Assembly (NCBI GenBank): GCA_938038205.1
Contig: CALHSA010000003.1
Location: 3,760 to 67,759 of the forward strand
Reading direction: 5' to 3'
DNA: 64,000 nt
Source of the DNA: an uncultured bacterium
GTDB taxonomy: Bacteria; Bdellovibrionota_C; UBA2361; JANWWW01
In this document: in pieces, positions 37,954-48,586 of the stretch
Numbering within the stretch: position 1 is the first letter of the stretch
How the letters are laid out: the number at the start of each line of letters is the position of its first letter
The notes under the pieces: generated by a model
Seen by the model: only the letters and a program-made list of their open reading frames with translations
Told to the model about the DNA's origin: nothing
The model's database searches: none
Program-made: the position numbers and the translations under genes

Positions 37954-39198
37954 ATGAAAGAGGTAAGAATGCCTCAGTTAAGTGACACAATGACCGAGGC
38001 AAAAATTTTAAAATGGAATAAGAAAGTTGGTGATTCAATTAAGCGAGGTGATATTTTGGCGGAAGTGGAAACTGATAAAGCAAATCTTGAGATAGAGGCT
38101 TTTGAAGAAGGGTATTTAACAGAAATCAGATTTGAAGAAGGGACCAGGGTATCTGTAGGTGAGGTAATTGCGGTTATTTCCAATACTCGTGAAACTAACG
38201 CAAGCATTACAAACCCCATACCTGTAGGTAAAACTGAAGAGGAGGAAAAGAAAGTCACAGACAAAAAACAAGGGTCGCAAGTTCATTCAGGAAAATCGAA
38301 TGGTAGTAACTTTTTAGGATTAGAGAAAAGAGTTAAAGCCTCTCCACTTGCAAAAAAAGTAGCTCAGAGTATGGGTATTGATGTGTCAGAAATTCAAGGT
38401 TCTGGACCACATGGTAGGGTAATTATCCGAGACATTCAGAGCATTAGTTCCAATTTGCCAAAAGTAGAATCAGCGAAGTCAGAGAATTTAGATGGAAGCT
38501 CATTAAACTCAGAGGTGAACTCGTTAAACGAGGAGTTGTCGGGTATGAGGCGAGCAATTGCACAAGGTATGGTAAAAAGCTTCTCAGAGATACCTCATTT
38601 CTACATAAAAGCGTCAGTTCAAGTGGATAGACTTTTAGAGTTTAGGGCTAATTTGAAAGAGTTGCCAGTTTATGCAAATCTCTCAATCACCCATATCATA
38701 CTCAAAACTCTAGGCAATGTTATTAGAGAGTTTCCTAGTATAAATGTTAAATTTGACGGAAAACAGATTATTAGGCATACTTCAGTTGATATTGGGATTG
38801 TGGTAGGGGTAGACGATGGGCTGGTAGTACCAATTTTAAAAAGAGTAGATGAGAAAAATCTGGCAGAGATAATCGCTGATGCCGATTTGTTAATTAGCAA
38901 AGCTAGACAACGTAAATTATCTACACATGATTTATCTGGAGGTTGTTTTGCTGTATCTAATCTTGGAATGTTTGGAGTTGAGGATTTCTCAGCAATTATA
39001 TATCCCGGTCATGTTGGCATTTTAGCTGTCTCTTCGACTAGAAAGGTTCCTATTGTTGAAAATGAACAGATTAAGATTGTAAATAGTCTAAATTTAACTG
39101 CATCATTTGATCACAGAGTTGTAGATGGAATCCTGGGAGCAAATTTTGTAAACAGAATTAAAAAATACTTAGAGCATCCTGAGCTTATTTTAGCCTAA
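37954..39198 (+). CDS. Dihydrolipoamide acetyltransferase (E2 of pyruvate/2-oxoacid dehydrogenase complex)
   Basis: Lipoyl domain 'VETDKANLEIEA', E3-binding domain 'LASPLAKKVAQSMGIDVSEIQGSGPHGRV', catalytic 'SFDHRVVDG'. Confidence 0.85.
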   Translation: MKEVRMPQLSDTMTEAKILKWNKKVGDSIKRGDILAEVETDKANLEIEAFEEGYLTEIRFEEGTRVSVGEVIAVISNTRETNASITNPIPVGKTEEEEKKVTDKKQGSQVHSGKSNGSNFLGLEKRVKASPLAKKVAQSMGIDVSEIQGSGPHGRVIIRDIQSISSNLPKVESAKSENLDGSSLNSEVNSLNEELSGMRRAIAQGMVKSFSEIPHFYIKASVQVDRLLEFRANLKELPVYANLSITHIILKTLGNVIREFPSINVKFDGKQIIRHTSVDIGIVVGVDDGLVVPILKRVDEKNLAEIIADADLLISKARQRKLSTHDLSGGCFAVSNLGMFGVEDFSAIIYPGHVGILAVSSTRKVPIVENEQIKIVNSLNLTASFDHRVVDGILGANFVNRIKKYLEHPELILA

Positions 39199-39242
39199 GC
39201 TTATTAGGATCTTTTTACCTTTATGTTAAAATCTTATTAACT

Positions 39243-41066
39243 GTGAGGCGTCTGATTGTTATTGGTGGGGGACACGCGGGAATTGAGGCCTCTGCTGCTG
39301 CGGCTAGGATGGGTTGCGATGTTATTATGATAACGCTCTCGAGAAACAAGATAGGTGAAATGTCATGTAATCCGGCTATCGGTGGGGTTGGTAAAGGTCA
39401 AATTGTTAAAGAAATTGATATTCTTGGCGGTATTATGGCCCAAGCAATAGACCGAACTGGAATCCAATTTCGCAAGTTAAACTCTTCAAGAGGGTGCTCA
39501 GTGATAAGCTCGAGATCTCAGGCGGATAGATATCTGTATCAGAAATGGATGCAAAATAGGATTGAAACATACTGTAACATTAAAATTCTTGAAGATGAAG
39601 TTGAAAGCATCTGTGTAAAGAATAACAGGGTAAATGGTGTTGAAACTGTGAGAAACGGATTTATTAAAGCCGATGCTGTAGTCGTAACAACTGGAACCTT
39701 TCTTAAAGGGTTGATGCACCAAGGAGAAAAAAAAATTCAGGGAGGAAGATACTCTGAACCACCTGCAAATAACCTTAGTAACAATCTGCTTGATTTAGGT
39801 TTTGAACTAATAAGATTAAAAACTGGAACACCCCCTCGATTATTAAAAAGTTCAATAAATTTTGATGGACTAATAAAAGTACCTCCAGATAAAACAATTG
39901 AACCATTCTCTTTTTGGAGTAGATCCGTCAATTTACCTCAGATAGATTGCTACCTTACGGCAACAAATGATAGTGTTCATGATATAATTCTAAAAAATAG
40001 AGAGAGAAGTCCAATTTTTAATGGCCAAATTCAGGCTTGTGGTCCAAGGTATTGTCCCTCAATTGAAGATAAAGTCTTTCGTTTTAGCAACAAAACATCA
40101 CATCAGATTTTTCTAGAACCGGAGGGGTTAGACTCAGATATTATTTACCCTAATGGAATATCAACAAGTTTACCTATTGAAGTTCAAGATCAATTCATTC
40201 GTCTGATCCCGGGACTTTCAGATGTTAAAATAGTTAGATATGGTTACGCGGTTGAGTATGATGCCATAAAACCAACCCAACTTAAACAAAGCTTAGAAGC
40301 TAAACACATCGAAGGAGTTTTTTTTGCGGGACAAATAAACGGAACATCTGGATACGAAGAAGCTGCAGGACAAGGTATTATTGCTGGCATTAACGCTGCT
40401 CTGTACCTAAAGGGGGAACCGCCTTTTGTATTAAAACGAAATGAAGCCTATATTGCGGTTATGATAGATGATCTAACTTCATTGGGGGTCGAAGAACCAT
40501 ATAGGATGTTTACGAGCAGGGTAGAGTACAGGCTCTCTATCCGAGAGGATAACGCCTTTGTAAGATTAGGTGAATATGCTATTAAACTTGGACTCCTACC
40601 TGAACAAAAGAGAGTAACTCTTGAGAAAGCTCTACAGTCTTATCACTTTTTAAAATCAAATGCAAACAAGCTAAAGGTTGATATCTCAGGTGAAAGTATG
40701 AATCTTGAAAAAGCCGCAAAACGAGCTGATATCGAATTTAAGTACGGAGAATACGCCTTTAATTTTGGGGTTGAGGAAAAAGTTTTAAGGGCTGTAGTTA
40801 ATGATATCAAGCTCTCAGGATATTTGGCACGGCAGCATCGTGAAATATCATGGCTTGAGAGAGTTGAATCTATTAAGCTTCCTAAAGAATTAGATTACTC
40901 TCAAATTCCCGGGCTAAGAAGAGAGTTTGTTGAAAAACTATCAAAAATACGACCGGAAACCTTAGGACAAGTAGCAAGGATGCCTGGAGTAACACCATCG
41001 ACAATAGTAACATTGGAGTTGTATATAAAGAAAAAAAATGAGTCAAAACAAGTTAGTTATTGTTGA
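39243..41066 (+). CDS. mnmG: tRNA uridine 5-carboxymethylaminomethyl modification enzyme MnmG (GidA)
   Basis: FAD-binding 'VIGGGHAGIEAS', 'GPRYCPSIEDK' motif; 607 aa. Confidence 0.9.
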   Translation: MRRLIVIGGGHAGIEASAAAARMGCDVIMITLSRNKIGEMSCNPAIGGVGKGQIVKEIDILGGIMAQAIDRTGIQFRKLNSSRGCSVISSRSQADRYLYQKWMQNRIETYCNIKILEDEVESICVKNNRVNGVETVRNGFIKADAVVVTTGTFLKGLMHQGEKKIQGGRYSEPPANNLSNNLLDLGFELIRLKTGTPPRLLKSSINFDGLIKVPPDKTIEPFSFWSRSVNLPQIDCYLTATNDSVHDIILKNRERSPIFNGQIQACGPRYCPSIEDKVFRFSNKTSHQIFLEPEGLDSDIIYPNGISTSLPIEVQDQFIRLIPGLSDVKIVRYGYAVEYDAIKPTQLKQSLEAKHIEGVFFAGQINGTSGYEEAAGQGIIAGINAALYLKGEPPFVLKRNEAYIAVMIDDLTSLGVEEPYRMFTSRVEYRLSIREDNAFVRLGEYAIKLGLLPEQKRVTLEKALQSYHFLKSNANKLKVDISGESMNLEKAAKRADIEFKYGEYAFNFGVEEKVLRAVVNDIKLSGYLARQHREISWLERVESIKLPKELDYSQIPGLRREFVEKLSKIRPETLGQVARMPGVTPSTIVTLELYIKKKNESKQVSYC

Positions 41067-43467
41067 AAGTCCAACAAAGGCAAAATTAATATCCTCATTT
41101 CTTCCCTCAGATTTTGAAACTGTTGCAACTTTAGGTCATATACGAGATCTCCCAACTAACAAGAAACAGATTCCAGAGAAGTACAAAAAAGCTGAGATGA
41201 GTGCGTTAGGAGTTTTAAGTAACTCTTTTACTCCAATTTACGTTGTCTCGCCGGAGAAGAAGAAAGTGGTGGAAACTTTAAAACAGAAGGTCAAAAATTC
41301 AAATACATTATATATTGCGACTGACGAAGATAGAGAGGGAGAATCAATAGGTTGGCATATCATTGATGAACTAAATTTAAAAAAAGAGATAAAAAGGTTA
41401 ACTTTTCACGAAATATCAAAAGCCGCAATACTGAATGCTTTAAAGTCTCCTCGAGAGATTGATTTAAGCTTAGTAAAAGCTCAAGAGGCTAGAAGAGTTT
41501 TAGATAGATTGTATGGATACTTAATAAGCCCAATTTTATGGAAAAAAATAAGTAAAGGATTGAGTGCCGGAAGAGTTCAGAGTGTAGCTCTAAGATTACT
41601 TGTTGAAAGAGAGGAGGAGAGGCTAAAGTTTAAATCTGCTAGCTACTGGTCGTTATCAGTTGAGTTTCAGAAAGATGGTATCACTTTTTCTGCAAAGCTA
41701 GACAAAATAAATGGTCAGAATGTGGCTTCTAGTAAGGATTTCAACCCGGAAACAGGAAAGCTTGAAACAAATGCTATTCTACTCACGGAAGATCAGGTAA
41801 ATCATATTCTTGAGGAGATTAAAAGCTTCACTCCAAGGGTTACCTGGATTGACTCTAGAGATGTTACGTTAAAAAGTCCTTCCCCATATATAACTAGCTC
41901 TCTTCAGCAAGAAGCTAATAGAAAGTTTGGATTTTCTCCAAAGTACACTATGAATTTAGCTCAAAAACTTTATGAGAATGGTTATATAACATACATGCGG
42001 ACCGATTCAGTTAATCTGTCTCAAGAGGCAATTAAGGTAATTAGAGATTTAATTCTCTCAAATTTTGGAAACGAGTATTTGCCCGAATCCCCCAAAAAAT
42101 ACAAAAGTTCAGTTAAAAATGCTCAAGAGGCTCATGAAGCAATTAGACCAGTTTTCTCTCAGGAATTATCAGTAGGGGAGATAGAAAAAAAATTGGGGAA
42201 AGACGCTTCAAAACTTTTTGATTTAATATTTAAAAGAACTCTCGCCAGTCAAATGGTTGATGCAGTAGCTCGAAGAACCTCTATAAAAATATCCGCAGGA
42301 CCATACGAATTTCGAGCTTCAGGAAAAGTCATATCTTTTCCTGGTTACTTAAAAATATTTGATTCAGATTTAAATGAAGAAATTCTTCCAGACTTAAAAA
42401 TAGATGAATCTCTGATGGTTAAAGATTTTAAAAGCAGCATGAAAACAACAAATCCTCCTTCAAGATTCACAGAGGGTGCATTGGTTCGTGAGCTTGAAAA
42501 AAGGGGTATTGGTCGACCATCAACTTGGGCATCAATTGTAGATCTAGTTACACGTAAGGAATATGCATTTAAAAAGAACGGTTTCCTTATACCAACTTTT
42601 TTATCTTTTGTAATTGTTAGACTGCTTAGAGAGTATTTTCCAGAATTAATAGACTATGAGTTTACAGCTAGAATGGAGGATCAGCTAGATAAAATAGCAA
42701 AAGGTGAAGTAAGTTACGAGAGTTTTTTAAATGAGTTTTATTATGGCTCTTCAGAAATGCCAGGATTAAGGGAACTGATTGATGAAAGATTTCCAAAAAT
42801 TGACTCAAGAAAAATCTGTACAATCCCCATAGCTCAAGATGTCGACAAGCAATTTTATGTTAGAGTTGGTAAAAACTCAGTATCTTTAACTGATGGTGAG
42901 AGATATGCAGGAATATCTCTAAACACTGCCCCGGATGAATTAAAGCCTGAGGTATGTAAAGCCATCCTTTTTGGTGAAGGAATCTCAGATCAGGAAGGTA
43001 AATTAATATCTGAAAAATATGGAAAGTATGGAAGGTACTTAGAAATCAAAGAGGGAGAAACTACGAAAAGAATTTCTTTACAATGGCTTGGGAATAAAGT
43101 TTTAGATGATCAAACCAAGAATATAATCTCACAACTGCCAAAAAGTCTTGGATACTCTGAGTATTTTAAATCTGATATTACTTTGAATGTTGGTCAGTAC
43201 GGTCCATATTTAGCCGTTAACAATACATTTAAAAGCATCCCAGTTGAGAAAATATCCACAATAAATTTACAAGAGGCAGAGGTGATTTTAAAGCAGGTAG
43301 AGGCAAATACTAGAGTTCTTGGAGTGGATAGCCAAGGAGAGGCAGTTATAGTTAAAAAAGGCCGATTTGGATTTTATCTAAAAAAAGGTACAAAAAAGGT
43401 TAAAATAAAAGATCCTAATCTTGATTTCGAAAAAGCTTTGAGCATTTTAGAAACATCCTCTAATTAG
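41038..43467 (+). CDS. topA: DNA topoisomerase I
   Basis: Toprim N-terminus 'LVIVESPTKAKLIS', 'ITYMRTDS' active-site Tyr region; 809 aa. Confidence 0.9.
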   Translation: MSQNKLVIVESPTKAKLISSFLPSDFETVATLGHIRDLPTNKKQIPEKYKKAEMSALGVLSNSFTPIYVVSPEKKKVVETLKQKVKNSNTLYIATDEDREGESIGWHIIDELNLKKEIKRLTFHEISKAAILNALKSPREIDLSLVKAQEARRVLDRLYGYLISPILWKKISKGLSAGRVQSVALRLLVEREEERLKFKSASYWSLSVEFQKDGITFSAKLDKINGQNVASSKDFNPETGKLETNAILLTEDQVNHILEEIKSFTPRVTWIDSRDVTLKSPSPYITSSLQQEANRKFGFSPKYTMNLAQKLYENGYITYMRTDSVNLSQEAIKVIRDLILSNFGNEYLPESPKKYKSSVKNAQEAHEAIRPVFSQELSVGEIEKKLGKDASKLFDLIFKRTLASQMVDAVARRTSIKISAGPYEFRASGKVISFPGYLKIFDSDLNEEILPDLKIDESLMVKDFKSSMKTTNPPSRFTEGALVRELEKRGIGRPSTWASIVDLVTRKEYAFKKNGFLIPTFLSFVIVRLLREYFPELIDYEFTARMEDQLDKIAKGEVSYESFLNEFYYGSSEMPGLRELIDERFPKIDSRKICTIPIAQDVDKQFYVRVGKNSVSLTDGERYAGISLNTAPDELKPEVCKAILFGEGISDQEGKLISEKYGKYGRYLEIKEGETTKRISLQWLGNKVLDDQTKNIISQLPKSLGYSEYFKSDITLNVGQYGPYLAVNNTFKSIPVEKISTINLQEAEVILKQVEANTRVLGVDSQGEAVIVKKGRFGFYLKKGTKKVKIKDPNLDFEKALSILETSSN

Positions 43468-44006
43468 CTTTGTTTGAATTGTTTAACAAACTTAATCATC
43501 TCCTCCTCTGAGACCTCTTTAACTTTTAGTAAATAAATTATTTCCTCAAAAAAAATAACCATAGATTCCAGGTCATCTACAAATGAGAAAACTATATCAC
43601 CTAGGGACGATGAAGATGGAATAAAAACTATCGATCCAACACCTAACAGTCTACCAAAAATAGCAGGCCAAAGAGATTTGATTTTAGCTACTTCCTGCCA
43701 AAATAAACTTCTTAGCTTAGTTGGTCCAAAGAGTGTTCTCTCTTCCCTAATAATTCTTCTTGATGTAACAATGAGCCTCAAAGATGAGTGCTTTTTGTAA
43801 ATCCCGATAAAAATTAAGTTCGATAAAATAAGACCAACGATTGGACCATATTTGGATGGAGCTACAGGTTCTAAAACACCACTATATATCAATAAAGCTA
43901 TCAAGGTACCAATTAAGATTGCCTTCACAGCTCCCAAAACCAAAAACCATTTACTCATCCTAACCTCTAATAGTGGCACCTCCCCGCTCTGGAAAATTTT
44001 ACCCAT
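43464..44006 (-). CDS. Hypothetical membrane protein (two TM helices + cytoplasmic domain)
   Basis: 180-aa ORF directly downstream of the cox operon on the same strand. Confidence 0.35.
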   Translation of the reverse strand: MGKIFQSGEVPLLEVRMSKWFLVLGAVKAILIGTLIALLIYSGVLEPVAPSKYGPIVGLILSNLIFIGIYKKHSSLRLIVTSRRIIREERTLFGPTKLRSLFWQEVAKIKSLWPAIFGRLLGVGSIVFIPSSSSLGDIVFSFVDDLESMVIFFEEIIYLLKVKEVSEEEMIKFVKQFKQS

Positions 44007-44033
44007 AAAAAAGAATTCTTATTAAATATTTCT

Positions 44034-44363
44034 TTAAGATAAGTTTACCTCAGGAGATGGATCTATTCGAAGTGGATTATCAATAAAAACACCTGCAATC
44101 ATTAAAATTAATAGTGAGACTGGAAGGATAAAATATACTAAAATCCACGGACCCTCAAATTTTAGATGCATAAAATACATTAAAACTAAACTAGCTTTGA
44201 TCGTAGCGATTGAAAGCGCTATCAAAATATTAACCTTACCAAAGTCCACAATATGACCGGAGACTCTGGGGGATAAAATAACTGTAATTATAGTTAAAAA
44301 AACTAACACAGCAAAAACTTTCCAAAAGACTCGTGGATGAATTACATGACCTAACTCAGCCAT
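44034..44363 (-). CDS. Cytochrome c oxidase subunit IV (caa3-type small subunit) - putative
   Basis: 109 aa, three hydrophobic helices, immediately after coxIII. Confidence 0.5.
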   Translation of the reverse strand: MAELGHVIHPRVFWKVFAVLVFLTIITVILSPRVSGHIVDFGKVNILIALSIATIKASLVLMYFMHLKFEGPWILVYFILPVSLLILMIAGVFIDNPLRIDPSPEVNLS

Positions 44364-44365
44364 AC

Positions 44366-45028
44366 TTAATCAATTAAATACAATAACGGAAATAAAAAAA
44401 TCCATATTAAATCGACCAAGTGCCAATACAGAGCAGCCAATTCAACAGGTGTGTAATACTTTTCTGAAAACCTTTCCCTTCTAGCCAAAAATATAACCCA
44501 GAGTAAAACACCCATACCTATTAAGACATGGAGAGCATGTAAACCAGTCATTACGTAATAAAGTCCAAAATAGTTTTTATACTGAGTAGAGAACTCCGCC
44601 GAGTTCCAAAGTTCAGTGCCAGGAAAATAACCATGACGATACTTCGCTGAATATTCAAAGTATTTGATAACCAGAAAGGCTAGACCGCAAATGAAAGATA
44701 CCGTGAAATTCTTTACTACCCCCTGATTATCATTTATCTGAGCCTTATAAACGGCTATCGCGGCTGTACAACTACTAAAAAGCAAAATCAAAGTATTCAA
44801 GCCACCTAATTTCCAATCAAGTTTAGTTGCTGCATGTTGAAAACTCTCAAAATATGCCCAGTTATAAATTGCAAACGCCGTAAACAAAACAGAAAATAAC
44901 AAAATCTCAGTAGCTAAAAATAACCACATTCCGAATTTTGCAGCATGATATGCGTTTATAGGATCAATATGGTGATATACTGGAGGAGCTCCCCTTCCTC
45001 CTACCTTTGAGTAAACACTCTCAGCCAC
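44366..45028 (-). CDS. Cytochrome c oxidase subunit III
   Basis: 220 aa, multi-TM, 'HAAKFGMWLFLATEILLF', 'YWHLVDLIWIFLFPLLY' conserved subunit III motifs. Confidence 0.8.
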   Translation of the reverse strand: MAESVYSKVGGRGAPPVYHHIDPINAYHAAKFGMWLFLATEILLFSVLFTAFAIYNWAYFESFQHAATKLDWKLGGLNTLILLFSSCTAAIAVYKAQINDNQGVVKNFTVSFICGLAFLVIKYFEYSAKYRHGYFPGTELWNSAEFSTQYKNYFGLYYVMTGLHALHVLIGMGVLLWVIFLARRERFSEKYYTPVELAALYWHLVDLIWIFLFPLLYLID

Positions 45029-46739
45029 TTACACCTCCTTTTAAACCAAGATCTTCAAGTGGCTTTCCATAATCATACCTTCCAACTGTCACAATCGGCG
45101 TATTAATAAAGTTGTCATGAGGCGGAGGACTAGGAGCTTGCCACTCTAACCCTAACGCTTTGTAAGGATTTGCCGGGGCTTTCTCTTTCGAAAAAACCCA
45201 ACTTAACGCAAGATTCAATAAAGCCAAAGTATATCCAATAGCATTGAAAAACATTCCTATAGTCGATAGACGATGCATTGGCTCAAATTCTGGTATGTAG
45301 AAGGCATAACGTCTAGGCATACCCTGAACTCCTAAAATAAACTGAGGCAGAAAAGTAACATTGAAGCCTATAAAAATTAACCAAAAAGCAAAAATTGCTA
45401 ATTTTTTGTTGTACATTTTACCCGTAATTTTTGGAAACCAAAGATGTAACCCCGCGATTAAACCAATTACAGCTCCTCCTTGAATTGTATAGTGGAAATG
45501 AGCAACTACAAAATACGTATCATGATAAAAAATATCTAACCCCAAAGTCGCTAAAAATATACCCGTTGTGCCAGCAATCATAAATAGGAATACAAAAGCC
45601 ATAGCATATAACATAGGGGCTTCAAAAGATATTGCTCCCTTGTACATAGTGCTAACCCAATTAAAAACCTTTATTGCAGTTGGAATAGCTACTCCAAAAG
45701 TTGTCGCTGAGAAGAAAGCCTGACTAAATGGACTCATTCCTGCCGTGTACATGTGGTGAGCCCAAACAATAAACGATACCGCAGCGATACCTACTGAGGA
45801 GAATACTACTGCTGAATAACCAAAAATAGGTTTTCTGGAGAAAATAGGAATAATTTCTCCAATAATTCCAAATGCAGGGAGTACCATTATGTACACAACG
45901 GGGTGACTATAAAACCAAAAAAAGTGTTGATACAGAATAGGATCACCCCCTTTTTCTGGGTCAAATATCCCAACACCTAAAACTTTTTCAGCTATTAGTA
46001 ATAACAAAGTTATACCAACAACCGGAGTTGCAAGGACCTGAATAATACTAGTTGCATATAGTGACCAAACAAAAACCGGTAGCTTAAACCATGTCAAACC
46101 TGGAGCTCTTAATCTATGAATGGTAACTATAAAATTTAACCCAGTTAGAATTGAAGAAAATCCAAGAACAAAAGCTGCAAACGTCATAATTATGGTCCCC
46201 CACCCTGATCCAGCTCCAGTGCTTGTAGAGTATGGTGTGTAGAATGTCCAACCAGTATCAAGTGGCATCCATGTTCCAATAGCCGATCCTTTTATCTTGC
46301 TAACAAGCCAAACTGGATCTAGTAGACCAATAAAACCTATAAGAGCTCCTAATAGGTATATCCAGAAACTAAATAGGTTAAGCCTTGGAAATGCAACATC
46401 TTTGGCTCCAATCATTAATGGCAATAAAAAGTTACCTAAAACAGCTGGAATACCTGGAACAATGAATAAAAAGATCATCAAAACCCCATGCAAAGTAAAC
46501 AGCACGTTATACATATCTGGGGATAAAAGCTTGGAGTCTGAGCTCCAAAGATGAAGCCTTATGAGTACAGCTGCTAAACCTCCAACTAAAAAGAAAAGAA
46601 TCATAGCTCCAAGATAAAGTAATGCTATTCGCTTGTGATCAATTGTAAAAAGCCAACTCTTTAATCCCTTCTCACAATTCAAATAATTGTTCTTTTCTAA
46701 GTGACCTTTCTCATCAACTTGGTAATCAGCGGCTCCCAT
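45021..46739 (-). CDS. Cytochrome c oxidase subunit I (heme-copper oxidase catalytic subunit)
   Basis: 572 aa with 12 TM helices, 'WFYSHPVVYIMVLPAFGII', 'HHMYT', 'FHYTIQGGAV' signatures. Confidence 0.9.
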   Translation of the reverse strand: MGAADYQVDEKGHLEKNNYLNCEKGLKSWLFTIDHKRIALLYLGAMILFFLVGGLAAVLIRLHLWSSDSKLLSPDMYNVLFTLHGVLMIFLFIVPGIPAVLGNFLLPLMIGAKDVAFPRLNLFSFWIYLLGALIGFIGLLDPVWLVSKIKGSAIGTWMPLDTGWTFYTPYSTSTGAGSGWGTIIMTFAAFVLGFSSILTGLNFIVTIHRLRAPGLTWFKLPVFVWSLYATSIIQVLATPVVGITLLLLIAEKVLGVGIFDPEKGGDPILYQHFFWFYSHPVVYIMVLPAFGIIGEIIPIFSRKPIFGYSAVVFSSVGIAAVSFIVWAHHMYTAGMSPFSQAFFSATTFGVAIPTAIKVFNWVSTMYKGAISFEAPMLYAMAFVFLFMIAGTTGIFLATLGLDIFYHDTYFVVAHFHYTIQGGAVIGLIAGLHLWFPKITGKMYNKKLAIFAFWLIFIGFNVTFLPQFILGVQGMPRRYAFYIPEFEPMHRLSTIGMFFNAIGYTLALLNLALSWVFSKEKAPANPYKALGLEWQAPSPPPHDNFINTPIVTVGRYDYGKPLEDLGLKGGVSG

Positions 46740-46779
46740 CTAACTCTATTCTAAAAACATTTGCCTAATTTAAAAACTA

Positions 46780-48075
46780 TCATTTTAAACTCTTTAAGAA
46801 TTCAATGATGTCATTAATTTGTTCTTCGCTAAGCTGACCCTGATATGAGGGCATGGCAGGCAAATAACCTTTAACAATTCGCTTATTGGGCTCATATATA
46901 GATTCCCTAACATACTCTTCATCAACTTTGCCTGTTGAATCATCTGTAAACTCCCTAGTAGAGCCCCAAGCACCCTTGAAAGATGGCCCAACTAGCTGGG
47001 AACCATCCAAAGAGTGGCAAGCTACACACCCTTTTTGTTGAACCAATCTAGCCCCCCTTTGTTCGGGTTGTAACAGAGCATCATCTTCAGGAACTTTATC
47101 CTCATCCAAAAGTATTGATACCAATTCCTCACCCTGATCTTTTCCGAAAGTAACTTCTTTGATAAAGGATAGCAAACCAAGATACTCTTCATCCTTAAGC
47201 GAGTAAGCTGGCATGGCAGGAGGATAACCAGCAACTAACTTTTTCAAAGGATACTGAATGCTCTCAAGAATGTAAGCATCATCAGCAACTACAATGGAAC
47301 CATCACTTAACTCCCTTTCACTACCATACAAACCTTTGAATGAAGGACCAACAAGTCTTGACCCATCAAGTGAGTGACAAGCATTACAGCCCAACTCAGA
47401 ATAAAGCTTTTTTCCTAATTCTGCAGAGGGGCCTTCATCGGTTTCAACATAGTTGACCCAAACATCAAATTCCTCTTGAGATACAACCCGTAATTTCGCC
47501 ATCATAGTTGAGTGCTGAGTTCCACAATACTCAGTGCAGAATATTGGATATTCGCCAATCCTAGTTGGTGTAAAAGTCATATACTTGTAACTTCCAGGCA
47601 CAGCATCTTGCTTAACTCTAACTGCTGGGATAAACAGACTGTGAATCACGTCCTTCGATGTGAGTATAAGTTTAACAGGCTTGTTAACTGGAACAACTAA
47701 AACTGCATCTTTTCCTGAACTTTTCTTACCGGTTTCATACCTAAACTCCCACGCCCATTTCCACGAGTTAACAAAAACTGTTATATGATCTGAGTCAACA
47801 GCAAACATTTTTTCTCTCAGAACTATTCCCCACCACGCTATAAAGATAACAACAACAGTTGGTATAGCGGTCCAAATTATTTCAAGAATATGATTGCCAT
47901 AAATTCGAGGCGTCTTATCCAAATCTTCATTCGATCTCCTTCGATATCGAAACGCAAAGTATAGCATTACACCTACGATTGCAACTGTGAAAAAAGCTGA
48001 AGCTATGAAAAGTACAAGGTTTAAAAAATCAAAATCGCTGGCTATCGTCGATGCTTTCTCAGGTACTATTTTCAT
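46780..48075 (-). CDS. Cytochrome c oxidase subunit II fused to C-terminal di-heme cytochrome c domain
   Basis: CuA site 'FCTEYCGTQHSTM'; two CxxCH motifs (CNACHS, CVACHS) each followed by the Met ligand region (PAMPAY / PAMPSY). Confidence 0.85.
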   Translation of the reverse strand: MKIVPEKASTIASDFDFLNLVLFIASAFFTVAIVGVMLYFAFRYRRRSNEDLDKTPRIYGNHILEIIWTAIPTVVVIFIAWWGIVLREKMFAVDSDHITVFVNSWKWAWEFRYETGKKSSGKDAVLVVPVNKPVKLILTSKDVIHSLFIPAVRVKQDAVPGSYKYMTFTPTRIGEYPIFCTEYCGTQHSTMMAKLRVVSQEEFDVWVNYVETDEGPSAELGKKLYSELGCNACHSLDGSRLVGPSFKGLYGSERELSDGSIVVADDAYILESIQYPLKKLVAGYPPAMPAYSLKDEEYLGLLSFIKEVTFGKDQGEELVSILLDEDKVPEDDALLQPEQRGARLVQQKGCVACHSLDGSQLVGPSFKGAWGSTREFTDDSTGKVDEEYVRESIYEPNKRIVKGYLPAMPSYQGQLSEEQINDIIEFLKSLK

Positions 48076-48586
48076 TCTTACCCCAAAAAAAACTTAAATA
48101 AAGAGTCAACGCTAACATCACAAACAATACAATAAAATAAAAAGTTTTAAAAGATTTGTCTTTTACACCCTCGACAAATTTAGATTCACAATTTACTTCA
48201 TTTGGGTTAGGAAAATTACTAGTGTTACAAAAAAGATAAAGCTCCTTAAAAGAGACACAACCCAAAGCATTTTCAAATCCAAATTCTTCAGTTTTGTATT
48301 TTGTAACTACAACTGGAGATATTACTCCATTAAATTTAATAGGTTGTTTTGTAAAAAACAGAGCTGAATTATGTTTTTTTAATGCTTGAAGCAGTCTTTG
48401 ATTAATCAATTCATCTGGATTCTCATCTTTTATAAAAACTTGCACATGGTAATTACACTTTTTAGCAACCTCTGAAAGATATCTCAAAGCTTTAGTTGCA
48501 CCTGGCCATTCAAAATCAATACCAACATTCAAATATAACTTTTGTTCAGCAAGGATTTGTAAGGTTAAGAGTAAAAATACAATCAC
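48059..48586 (-). CDS. Hypothetical protein with N-terminal signal and C-terminal TM anchor, in cox operon
   Basis: 175-aa ORF overlapping the coxII start and the glmU stop. Confidence 0.35.
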   Translation of the reverse strand: MIVFLLLTLQILAEQKLYLNVGIDFEWPGATKALRYLSEVAKKCNYHVQVFIKDENPDELINQRLLQALKKHNSALFFTKQPIKFNGVISPVVVTKYKTEEFGFENALGCVSFKELYLFCNTSNFPNPNEVNCESKFVEGVKDKSFKTFYFIVLFVMLALTLYLSFFWGKNENST